Origin: a virus
Taxonomy: Duplodnaviria; Caudoviricetes
DNA length: 25,798 bases
Virus record (IMG/VR): IMGVR_UViG_3300021082_000088
Location: 1 to 25,798 of that record
Direction: 5' to 3' (one strand)
Shown: positions 9,215 to 17,103 of the stretch, one piece after another
Numbering within the stretch: position 1 is the first letter of the stretch
Layout of the letters: each line of letters opens with the position of its first letter
Translations under genes and position numbers: made by a program
The notes under the pieces: generated by a model
The model's database searches: none
The model's input: the letters and a program-made list of their open reading frames with translations, nothing else
Told to the model about the DNA's origin: nothing

Positions 9215-9654
9215 TGAGCGCCATCACCGCCGTGTGGGTCGATGGGCTGTTCTGCGACAGCAGCTGGGAGATCCCCAACATCGAGCCCGACGCCCACGCC
9301 CTCCGGTTCTATATGACCCTCTCCGAGGGTTCGTCCGAGCAAATGGTGATGTGCTCCGACAACCCCACGACGACGCAAGTGGATACGTGGCTGCGCCTGT
9401 TCGGGTTGAGGTTCTCGACGGTGTACCACAATGCCGAGACCGACTCACGTAAGCGCATGGAACGGCTGCTGCAGTTCTGTGGTGCTCAACAAAGCAAGCT
9501 CGTGCTGTTCGTCGGTGGCCGGTTCATCGACTGCAACAACGCCGCCGATCTCGGTGTACCGAGCCTGCGCTACTTGGCACCCAACTCGGCAGCAGCGTGG
9601 GAACCTGATCAACGAAGCTCGTGGCAACAGGCCGTCGCCAAGCAAGGTGGGTAA
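9214..9654 (+). CDS. hypothetical protein, possibly degenerate HAD-like fold
   Basis: TGATG overlap; N-terminal strand AVWVDGL resembles a HAD motif I lacking the first Asp. Confidence 0.5.
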   Translation: MSAITAVWVDGLFCDSSWEIPNIEPDAHALRFYMTLSEGSSEQMVMCSDNPTTTQVDTWLRLFGLRFSTVYHNAETDSRKRMERLLQFCGAQQSKLVLFVGGRFIDCNNAADLGVPSLRYLAPNSAAAWEPDQRSSWQQAVAKQGG

Positions 9655-9656
9655 CT

Positions 9657-9824
9657 ATGGCCGCTACCGATCATCTCCAGATGCAGCTGTTCGATCCCGC
9701 CAAGTACAAGCACCGCTACCAAGGTGGCAAGGTGACGACGAGCGATCAAGAGCGAGATGAGAACGACGCCTTCCTGACCCAACAGCAACAGCAGGAGACG
9801 TGGTTCGCTCGGTACAAGCGATGA
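9657..9824 (+). CDS. 55 aa protein with N-terminal MAATDHLQMQLF tag
   Basis: First 8 aa identical to the 7234 protein; ATGA overlap with the next gene. Confidence 0.7.
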   Translation: MAATDHLQMQLFDPAKYKHRYQGGKVTTSDQERDENDAFLTQQQQQETWFARYKR

Positions 9825-11122
9825 GGCTGTACTTCTCCGGCGCCGAGGTGGGCGCCCACCGCAAGAGGTTCGCCAAGCTGGAGGTGCGCAGGGTCGGGTT
9901 CAACCTCGGGCCCGTGCTCAACTCCGGCGGCCACAGCTCGGTAGCTCCCGACGACCTGCTGCCGTTCGTGACGCTGTTCTACGCCTCACAGACCGTGGAC
10001 GTCGACAAGGCGGCCGAGATCATGCGAGCGCATGGCGATGAGACGTCGCTCGCAGTAGGCATGGAGTACAGCGGTCGATTCCCGGGCACGGCGATCCCGC
10101 TGTGGGACGGGGTCGATGTCGACGTGGCGCTGGAAGCGATGGTCGAGCACGGGGCCGTCTGCATCGAGGAGGCCGACCTGCTGGAGAAGCGCAACCAGAT
10201 CCCGCTCAACGTGTTCGTCGCCCGCAACCCGTCGGTCCATCTCTACTGCGTCACCTCGAAGGTCGACGCCCTCGCTCTGCCGTGCATCACGGACGCCATC
10301 GTGGCGGGTTGGATCGCCACGCAGAAGCACCGTGAGTTCCAGGTGTGGGACGGCAAGAAGGTGCGCAAGTTCCCCAGGACCGCCCGTAGCGCCTCGGTGG
10401 ACAACTACAGCGGCCAGATCAACAACATGGGCGGCGACATCGAGAAGCTCAAAGGCGGCGACGTGGACGAGATGGTGCGCCTCTCGCTGCTGTCGTGGCA
10501 GCAGTACGAGCGGATAGCAATGATCCCCCCGGCGCACAACGGTGACGAGCCACCGTCCGAGACCTCGACCGGTGTTGCTATCGCCCGTCCCGAACCTCGT
10601 CAGCGAGAGCGGGTGCTGCTACCGGTGCTCAGCAGCTTCGCCAGCGGCGAGAACGGCCACGAGGTAGCAACGGTTTCGACCAACGCACTGCGCCAGTGCA
10701 ACGGCTGCTTCATCGCCCACACCTGCCCCGGCTACGAGACCGACGCCGCCTGCGCCTACGCCATTCCGGTGCAGATCCGCACCGTCAAGCAGATGCGAGA
10801 CGCCCAACAGCTCGTGCACGAGATCCAGCTGCAGCGGATCCTGTTCATGCGCCACGCCGAGGAAGCTGCAGGTGGCGAGCTGGATCCCCGGCTCGGCAAG
10901 GAGATGGACCGGCTCTTCGCCCAGGCCGAGTCGGTAGCTCGCCAGAGCGAGAACCGCTCGACGCTGACGATCCAGACCACCGAGTCGGCAGGCGGTAGCG
11001 GGATCCTCTCGCAGATCTTCGGAGGGGCGATGAGCAAGGGCAACCAGGCGCTCCCGGCGCCGGTCGACTCGAACGAGATCCTCGCCGAGGCGTGGGAGGC
11101 CGAGCCGGTCGATAGCAACTGA
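9821..11122 (+). CDS. large hypothetical protein with a Cys cluster (CNGC..HTC..C) and helical C-terminus
   Basis: 433 aa ORF, ATGA overlap at start. Confidence 0.75.
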   Translation: MRLYFSGAEVGAHRKRFAKLEVRRVGFNLGPVLNSGGHSSVAPDDLLPFVTLFYASQTVDVDKAAEIMRAHGDETSLAVGMEYSGRFPGTAIPLWDGVDVDVALEAMVEHGAVCIEEADLLEKRNQIPLNVFVARNPSVHLYCVTSKVDALALPCITDAIVAGWIATQKHREFQVWDGKKVRKFPRTARSASVDNYSGQINNMGGDIEKLKGGDVDEMVRLSLLSWQQYERIAMIPPAHNGDEPPSETSTGVAIARPEPRQRERVLLPVLSSFASGENGHEVATVSTNALRQCNGCFIAHTCPGYETDAACAYAIPVQIRTVKQMRDAQQLVHEIQLQRILFMRHAEEAAGGELDPRLGKEMDRLFAQAESVARQSENRSTLTIQTTESAGGSGILSQIFGGAMSKGNQALPAPVDSNEILAEAWEAEPVDSN

Positions 11123-11157
11123 CGTTGTTGCGACACGCTGGCATTCGGATACGTCGG

Positions 11158-11188
11158 TTTCGAATTGGGTAATTCGGGACACCCCCCC
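11158..11188 (+). repeat. 31 bp imperfect direct repeat, copy 1
   Basis: TTTCGAATTGGGTAATTCGGGACACCCCCCC; 25/31 identical to 12583-12613. Confidence 0.6.
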
Positions 11189-11252
11189 TCTAGAAACGGG
11201 GGGAACTACGCTCGTTGGGGAGGACCGAGCACCGAGCCCCAAGGAGTAGACA

Positions 11253-11849
11253 ATGGCCACGAACGAAGTCGACACGGTCGACACCGCCGAGGATCCCCGG
11301 CACACCACGAGCCCCGAGCTGCGTGACCTGCCGGGTACCGAGACCGGTGAGATCATCCCCACCGACGAGGCGGACTCGCTCGATGAGGTGCACGCCGACG
11401 CCGCCTACAACCGGGTCGTGATGGGCCCGGAGGGCAACGACCCCACCATCCCCACGCCCGGCACCGATGTGCCCGTCGAGCCCGGCCCCGGCCCCGAAGA
11501 CAACGAGGCGCTCGACAACGCCACGGGCGGGGCGATGTCCGCAGCCGCCGAGTCCGGTCCCGCCGCTGCCATGGCGCCGCCCGACAAGGACGACTTCAAG
11601 ACCAAGGAGCTTGCCGCCCGCAACCTCGGTCAGATCACCACGACCTTCGACATGAACGCTCCCGGCGAGGCCGAGGGAGCAGCCGCTGCTCTCGACGGCA
11701 GCGACGAGGATGCCGACGATGAAGGGTTCGATCCCAGCGAGCACACCGTCGCCGAGGTCGAGGAGTTCATCGCCGAGAACCCCGAGCTGCGAGACGACGT
11801 CATTGCTGCCGAGCGAGCCGGGAAGAACCGCTCCTCGCTCGTTGGCTGA
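11253..11849 (+). CDS. highly acidic low-complexity protein with a small C-terminal helical domain
   Basis: Strong SD AAGGAG at 11241; C-terminus FDPSEHTVAEVEEFI...AERAGKNRSSLV resembles small HeH/Rho-N-like modules. Confidence 0.8.
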   Translation: MATNEVDTVDTAEDPRHTTSPELRDLPGTETGEIIPTDEADSLDEVHADAAYNRVVMGPEGNDPTIPTPGTDVPVEPGPGPEDNEALDNATGGAMSAAAESGPAAAMAPPDKDDFKTKELAARNLGQITTTFDMNAPGEAEGAAAALDGSDEDADDEGFDPSEHTVAEVEEFIAENPELRDDVIAAERAGKNRSSLVG

Positions 11850-11871
11850 ACCTCAGCCTGACCTGTCGACC

Positions 11872-11892
11872 ATGCACGCCTGAGGCGTGCAT
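11872..11892. terminator. hairpin between convergent genes, possible terminator
   Basis: ATGCACGCC-TGA-GGCGTGCAT, a 9 bp perfect stem with no U tract. Confidence 0.45.
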
Positions 11893-12020
11893 CAGACACT
11901 CACCGTTGGTGCCTATCTCGGCCCAGTCGTGTTTCTGACCGTCTCGCACACGGCATAGACACGGGCCGCAGATACGGCACCATCGGCCGTTGTAGCCGTC
12001 GTTGCAACGGATGATGCGCA

Positions 12021-12446
12021 CTAGCCGATGTCGTCGTCGTAGACCGGCGCAGCTACCGGCTTGCGAGGAGCTTCCGGCTCGGGGTTGTCCAGCTCGTGCT
12101 GAGTCACGTAGTTGACCGGTACGTGGTACTGACGCCCTGTGCTCTGCTGGAGCTGGTGAGCGATCGCCACACGGTGATGCCCCTCTAGGAGCTTGTCGGG
12201 CGCTCCCTCGACACCGGGCATGACCATGATCGGACGCTGCACACCGGTCTCGGCGATGCTCGACTGCAGCCGTCCATAGATGCGTCCTGCCTCTGCCGTC
12301 TTGTGCTCCATCACCGCACCCGGTGAGAGCTGACGCCCGTAGCGGTCTTCCATGTACTCGCCTGAGTGCATCTCGCCCGCCATCATGCGGTTGTAGATCA
12401 CCGAGGGATCGAGCTGCGTTGGGCGCTCGGTTGTGGAGCGGATCAC
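12021..12446 (-). CDS. ParB/Srx-like domain protein, paralog 3 (only well-supported minus-strand gene)
   Basis: SIAETGVQRPIMV...LLEGHHRVAIA...VPV; GTG at 12446 lies 7 nt after a minus-strand TAGCGT. Confidence 0.75.
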   Translation of the reverse strand: MIRSTTERPTQLDPSVIYNRMMAGEMHSGEYMEDRYGRQLSPGAVMEHKTAEAGRIYGRLQSSIAETGVQRPIMVMPGVEGAPDKLLEGHHRVAIAHQLQQSTGRQYHVPVNYVTQHELDNPEPEAPRKPVAAPVYDDDIG

Positions 12447-12582
12447 ACCCTCAACGCTAAACGAAGCGAGACCGCCCCGGGGGACGGCCTCGCTCTCGGA
12501 GACAATGATGAGCACCTCACTGTTGGGATGAAGCGTCGAGACAGAGCCTAGAGCCTCCGGTACGCTCTCGCCAGAAGGTCGA

Positions 12583-12613
12583 TTTCGAATTGGCGATTTC
12601 GAGAGACCCCTCC
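12583..12613 (+). repeat. 31 bp imperfect direct repeat, copy 2
   Basis: TTTCGAATTGGCGATTTCGAGAGACCCCTCC. Confidence 0.6.
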
Positions 12614-12885
12614 TTCGAAATTGACGATCTGGTTCGGGACGCCGAGCCGGTAGGTGCGCCGGGCGGCGACGCACCGCCACCCCTCCCCGCCGGGGGCCAA
12701 CGGGCGAACCGCCTGACGTGCTGCTCCGGCGGCCGGAGCCTCATCCACTCCGGCCAACGGAGTGTGGTTAACACCGGGCCCGAGATGCGGATCTATGTGT
12801 GGGCGGCGGTGGTTCGTCGTGGTCCCACCGCCGCCTGTCACACCCCCTGCGTAGGGTCGTCGGCATGGGAGAAATGTCGACAGAT

Positions 12886-12936
12886 GTTGGCCAGAGACGT
12901 TGCACGACGTTGAACGTTGCTGCTACAGTCTCAGGT
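12886..12936 (+). promoter_or_regulatory. repeated leaderless promoter P1
   Basis: TTGCAC-N18 (contains CGTTGAA)-TACAGT with extended TG, 7 nt, GTG at 12937. Confidence 0.8.
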
Positions 12937-13755
12937 GTGACCACCACCAACACCCCTGCCTCTCCCCCGCAGCTCGGCTTCATTCAGCGCCTGCTCGCCG
13001 AGCGCACCAGCCAGGCGCCTGAGGGCATCGACGCCTTCATGGCGGTGCTGCAGACCAAGCGGATCACCAAGACCGGCGCCAGCTCGCTGATCAACCACCT
13101 CCTCACCATCCCGGCCGACGTGGTCGAGGCTCCGGCCGCCACCGACGCTCCGGCCCGTGACCTCTCCCGCCGCAGCAACGCCTACCCCGGCAAGTGCATC
13201 AAGTGCGGCCAGGGCGTGGCAGCTCGTGAGGGCTACCTCACCGGCAGCCGTGGGAACTGGGGCTGCGAGCACCTGGAGGGCGCCTGCCCCGCCGCTGCCG
13301 AGGCCACCACGCCCGGCGTGCACGCTCTCACCGAGATCGTCGGCGACCTGGAGGACGGCAACTACGCCATCCCCGCCACCTCGGGCGAGACCGACGTGTG
13401 GTACTTCACGATCAAGACGAACAAGGGGTTCTACAACCCGGAGAAGAAGGGCCAGCGCATCGTGCGCATGGTCGCCGGAGGCGGCAACGAGTTCCCGATC
13501 ACCAACGAGTGGGTGCGCAAGGCTGTCGCCGCCGTCCGGGCGCTCGGCACCACCGAGTCGATGCAGATGTTCGCTCGTGAGATGCACATCTGCGGCCGCT
13601 GCGGTGAGGATCTCACCCAGGTGACGAGCAAGGTCACCGGGTTCGGCCCGGTGTGCCGCCGCAAGATCGGTTACGAGGTCTCCCCGGTCGAGAAGGCGGA
13701 GATCGCCCGGCTCATCGCCGAGGCGCAGGCTCGTGGCGAAGAATTGGCGGTGTGA
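12937..13755 (+). CDS. DUF6011-like zinc-binding protein
   Basis: C-terminal CGRCGEDLT...S..TGFGPVC; additional NAYPGKCIKCG..H..C motif. Confidence 0.75.
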   Translation: MTTTNTPASPPQLGFIQRLLAERTSQAPEGIDAFMAVLQTKRITKTGASSLINHLLTIPADVVEAPAATDAPARDLSRRSNAYPGKCIKCGQGVAAREGYLTGSRGNWGCEHLEGACPAAAEATTPGVHALTEIVGDLEDGNYAIPATSGETDVWYFTIKTNKGFYNPEKKGQRIVRMVAGGGNEFPITNEWVRKAVAAVRALGTTESMQMFAREMHICGRCGEDLTQVTSKVTGFGPVCRRKIGYEVSPVEKAEIARLIAEAQARGEELAV

Positions 13756-13792
13756 TGTTGAACGTCGTTGAATGTCTGCTATCATGATCCCT
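13756..13792 (+). promoter_or_regulatory. repeated leaderless promoter P2
   Basis: TTGAAC-N16 (CGTTGAA)-TATCAT, TG extension, 7 nt, GTG at 13793. Confidence 0.8.
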
Positions 13793-15379
13793 GTGACCAC
13801 CACCAACTACCGCACCGCACTCGGCCCGCTCGCCGACCTCGTGCTCCCCCACCTGATGGGCGAGGCGCACGAGGTCGTTCGTGGCCTGGCCGCCATGGCC
13901 ACCGCCACCGAGGCCGACCTCGACACCTCCAGCATCCTCGCCCCCGGCGTGGAGCTGTTCCCCTACCAGAAGGCTGGCATCCGCTACGCCCTCGCCGCCC
14001 GTCGCTGCGTGATCGGTCACGCCATGGGGCTCGGCAAGACGGTCCAGGCCATCGCCGCCATGGCGATCGAGCTGGAGACCACCGGCAGCCTCCGGGCGCT
14101 CGTGGTCGCTCCGCCGAGCCTCACCCTGAACTGGGTGCGTGAGATCAAGATGTTCGCCCCGCAGCTCACGGTCGCCGTGGTCAAGGGCCAGACCCCCACC
14201 GAGGTGCCTGAGGCCAACGTCGTGATCATCGGTCACAGCGTCGTGAAGCACTGGGAGAAGGCACTCGTCGCCGCCGGGTTCGACGCCCTGGTCATCGATG
14301 AGTCGCAGAACTTCAAGAACCGCAAGGCTCAGCGCACGGTCGCCATGCAGCAGGTCGCCCGTTGGATGGACGACGACGCTCTGGTGCTCCTGCTCACCGG
14401 CACCATGGTCACCAACGACCCGGGCGAGGCCGCCCCGCAGCTCCAGATCATGAACGTCATGGACGGGCTGTTCGGCGACGTGTTCGGATTCATGGACCGG
14501 TACTACCCCAAGGTGAACCAGTGGGACCGCAAGCCTGCCAACCTCACCGAGCTGTACAACATCCTCCTCGACTCGTGCTACTGCCGCCTGACGTTCGATC
14601 AGGTGCGTGGCCAGATGGGTGACCGGGCGCCGAAGGGTGTCGCTCGCCAGAGCACCGCCGTCGAGATGCACGGCAAGGCTGCCACCGAGTACAAGGTCGC
14701 CCGGGACAAGCTCCGCACCTACCTCCTCGATCACCACGAGGAGATCGCTCTGGAAGAGGGCATGTCCATCGAGGAGGCCGAGCGCCTCGCCGAGGAGAAG
14801 ACCGAGCGCAGCATGAAGGCTGAGGCGCTCGTGCAGCTCGGAGCACTCCGCCGCCTGGCTGGCGAGGCCAAGATCCCGAGCGTCATCTCGTTCGTCCAGA
14901 ACCTCGTGGACCAGGGCGAGCAGGTCATCGTCTTCGGCTGGCACAAGGCAGTCGTCAAGGCGATCGCCGAGCACTTCAACGCTCGCACGATCATGGGTGG
15001 CGACAAGGTCGAGAACGTCGAGGAGGCCAAGGCTCGGTTCCAGGCCGGTCTCGACAAGGTCATCGTGCTCAACATCAAGGCAGGCGGCACGGGGCACACG
15101 CTGACCGCCGCCAGCCAGGTCGTCTTCGCCGAGTTCCCCTGGACCCCCACCGACTACAGCCAGGCCGAGGCTCGTGCCGACCGCATCGGACAGACCGAGC
15201 TGGTCACCTCGCACGCTCTGCTCGCCGCCAACGGTGAGGCCACGATCGATGAGGCGCTGATCGGGATCCTGAACCGCAAGGCGCTGATCGTCGGCGAGCT
15301 GCTCGACGGCAAGGCTGACACGCTGATCGAGGACGTCAGCGTCGCCGACGCCCTCCTCGACTGGGCGAGGGGGGCGTGA
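13793..15379 (+). CDS. SNF2-family (HARP/SMARCAL1-like) helicase/ATPase
   Basis: LFPYQ, MGLGKT, VVAP.SL..NW..EI, DESQ, LLTGT, G.G.TLT.A, QAEARADRIGQ. Confidence 0.92.
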   Translation: MTTTNYRTALGPLADLVLPHLMGEAHEVVRGLAAMATATEADLDTSSILAPGVELFPYQKAGIRYALAARRCVIGHAMGLGKTVQAIAAMAIELETTGSLRALVVAPPSLTLNWVREIKMFAPQLTVAVVKGQTPTEVPEANVVIIGHSVVKHWEKALVAAGFDALVIDESQNFKNRKAQRTVAMQQVARWMDDDALVLLLTGTMVTNDPGEAAPQLQIMNVMDGLFGDVFGFMDRYYPKVNQWDRKPANLTELYNILLDSCYCRLTFDQVRGQMGDRAPKGVARQSTAVEMHGKAATEYKVARDKLRTYLLDHHEEIALEEGMSIEEAERLAEEKTERSMKAEALVQLGALRRLAGEAKIPSVISFVQNLVDQGEQVIVFGWHKAVVKAIAEHFNARTIMGGDKVENVEEAKARFQAGLDKVIVLNIKAGGTGHTLTAASQVVFAEFPWTPTDYSQAEARADRIGQTELVTSHALLAANGEATIDEALIGILNRKALIVGELLDGKADTLIEDVSVADALLDWARGA

Positions 15380-15390
15380 TGTCCGAGGAA

Positions 15391-15441
15391 GTTGGGCAGA
15401 GACGTTGTGGATCGTTGAATGACTCTGCTACAGTCACTGGC
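15391..15441 (+). promoter_or_regulatory. repeated leaderless promoter P3
   Basis: TTGTGG-N18 (CGTTGAA)-TACAGT, 7 nt, ATG at 15442; shares GTTGGnCAGAGACGTTG with P1. Confidence 0.8.
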
Positions 15442-16140
15442 ATGAACGCAGTCACTCCCGAACAGGCCCACGACGAGATCATGCTCACCCTTTGGGGCGC
15501 CCTGTACACCGCCGAGGCCCGCCTCGACACTGTGCGTAGCTGGTGGCGCTCGCTGAGCGCTCCTCGCACCCGCAACGGTGGCTACGACCGTGACCCCCGC
15601 ACCTGGACCGAGGTCGTCGCCGACTTCGAGGTCGCCGAGGCCGCCGCTCAGTCGTGGGAGGTCGAGACGTTCGTCCGCTACCGCAAGCACCTCACCGAGG
15701 CGATCGACGCCCAGCTCGCCGCCGCCCAGGCGCTGAACATCCACGAGCAGAGCTACACCGGCTGGCAGCGCTACTTCCTCGTGACCAGCTCGGCCGGTCT
15801 CGTGCACGCCAGCACCCGCTGCCACACCTGCAACAAGGGCCGCAGCGCCACGCAGTTCGCTCTGCTCCCGTCACTCTCCGGCCGCAGCCACGAGGCGCTG
15901 GTCGAGGCGCTCGGCCCGTCGCTGTGCTCGGTCTGCTGGCCCGATGCGCCGGTCGCCTGGACCGACGAGCAGAGGATCTCCCCGACCGTCACCGCCGTCC
16001 TGCTGGAGAAGGGCGAGGCCGCCTTCTGGACGGCGCTCGCCGAGTCCCGTGCGAAGGCCGTCAAGCGTGCCGCCAAGAAGGCCGCCGACGAGGCCGAGCG
16101 TGCCGCCCGCCGGGCCGCTCGTGCGGCCGCCCAGTCCTGA
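15442..16140 (+). CDS. hypothetical protein with H..C..C / C..C motifs and a basic Ala/Arg tail
   Basis: VHASTRCHTC, LCSVCWPDAP; start set by the promoter. Confidence 0.8.
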   Translation: MNAVTPEQAHDEIMLTLWGALYTAEARLDTVRSWWRSLSAPRTRNGGYDRDPRTWTEVVADFEVAEAAAQSWEVETFVRYRKHLTEAIDAQLAAAQALNIHEQSYTGWQRYFLVTSSAGLVHASTRCHTCNKGRSATQFALLPSLSGRSHEALVEALGPSLCSVCWPDAPVAWTDEQRISPTVTAVLLEKGEAAFWTALAESRAKAVKRAAKKAADEAERAARRAARAAAQS

Positions 16141-16187
16141 CCAACCACCACCACCAACCACCACCTCAACAAGGAACCACCACCATG
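16138..16187 (+). repeat. (CCA)n-AAGGAA-CCACC leader repeat, copy 1
   Basis: TGACCAACCACCACC...AAGGAACCACCACCATG. Confidence 0.85.
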
Positions 16188-16670
16188 CAACGCAACCAGA
16201 TCACCGCCGGGCTCATCGTCCGGGTCCGCCCGAGCAACAGCCGCTACTCCAACGAGTGGAGCTGGAACATCGGCCGCATCACTACGAGCGCCACGACTCA
16301 GCGCAGCGTCGGCTACTACGGCAAGTCCGCCACCCTCGTGGAGGTCGAGTGGTACGCCACGATCAACAACGAGGGCACCACCCGCAGGTGGGATGCACCT
16401 CGCACCGAGCGGCACGACGCCCGCAAGCTGGAGGTCATCGACCCCGTCAAGCTCGCCGCCGAGAAGGCGTCGTGGCACGAGGTGACCGAGGCCGGTCGCC
16501 GGGAGAAGGAGGCCAACGAGGCTCGCACCGAGGCCAACGTCGAGGCCATCCGCACCGCCCTCGGCGACGAGCGGTGGGGCGACGTTCGCCACGAGGGCCG
16601 CATGGTCCAGATCTCCGACAAGCAGCTCGCCGCCCTGGTGGCGCTCGTGAGCAAGGTCGTGGCGTCATGA
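16185..16670 (+). CDS. hypothetical protein
   Basis: ATG after AAGGA SD in the leader repeat. Confidence 0.75.
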   Translation: MQRNQITAGLIVRVRPSNSRYSNEWSWNIGRITTSATTQRSVGYYGKSATLVEVEWYATINNEGTTRRWDAPRTERHDARKLEVIDPVKLAAEKASWHEVTEAGRREKEANEARTEANVEAIRTALGDERWGDVRHEGRMVQISDKQLAALVALVSKVVAS

Positions 16671-16840
16671 GCGCCAGCCAGGCGTTGATCGACGCCTACA
16701 CCCAGGCCGAGCGCAGCCAGATCGCTGCCAACTACGCCGTGACCAAGGCCGAGCAGATGCTGCGTGCCGCCAAGGACGCTCAGCTCGAAGTCATCCACAC
16801 CGTGGACGCCCTCCGGGCGATCCTGCAGGAGCAGTCGTGA
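16667..16840 (+). CDS. 57 aa coiled-coil protein
   Basis: ATGA and GTGA overlaps at both ends. Confidence 0.65.
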   Translation: MSASQALIDAYTQAERSQIAANYAVTKAEQMLRAAKDAQLEVIHTVDALRAILQEQS

Positions 16841-17103
16841 GCAACGCAGCGATGCTGCAGCACCACCTGCAGTGGAACCACTACCCGTCGATCAGCGCCG
16901 TGTTCGTGCCGGTCGCTCAGCGAGCGATCGAGCTGGCTGACGAGGACGACTGGGACGCCATGATCGAGCTGCCCAACGGCGTGTCGCTGTCGGTCGGCGA
17001 GATCGTGGACCAGCTCCACCTCACCACGTTCGTCACGTTCCCCGACGACGAGGAGCTGGAGGACGACCTGGACGAGATCGAGCGCCAGGAGCTGCAGTCG
17101 TGA
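16837..17103 (+). CDS. acidic hypothetical protein (HL..NHYP motif)
   Basis: GTGA overlap, GGAG SD. Confidence 0.75.
   Translation: MSNAAMLQHHLQWNHYPSISAVFVPVAQRAIELADEDDWDAMIELPNGVSLSVGEIVDQLHLTTFVTFPDDEELEDDLDEIERQELQS

Noticed and set aside
11800-12021. 73 aa Cys-rich minus-strand ORF following ParB paralog 3
   Set aside because: The start overlaps the upstream stop, which is plausible, but it runs through the hairpin and 50 bp into the convergent gene; not enough support to call.
12447-12680. N-terminal extension of the minus-strand ParB-like ORF
   Set aside because: It has atypical composition and crosses the repeat region; a -10 plus 7 nt GTG start at 12446 fits better.
12799-12936. 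Similar N-terminal peptides (MSTDVGQRRC... and MSEEVGQRRC... at 15376) as a second protein tag
   Set aside because: They are translations of the repeated promoter DNA upstream of the inferred true starts (12937, 15442).
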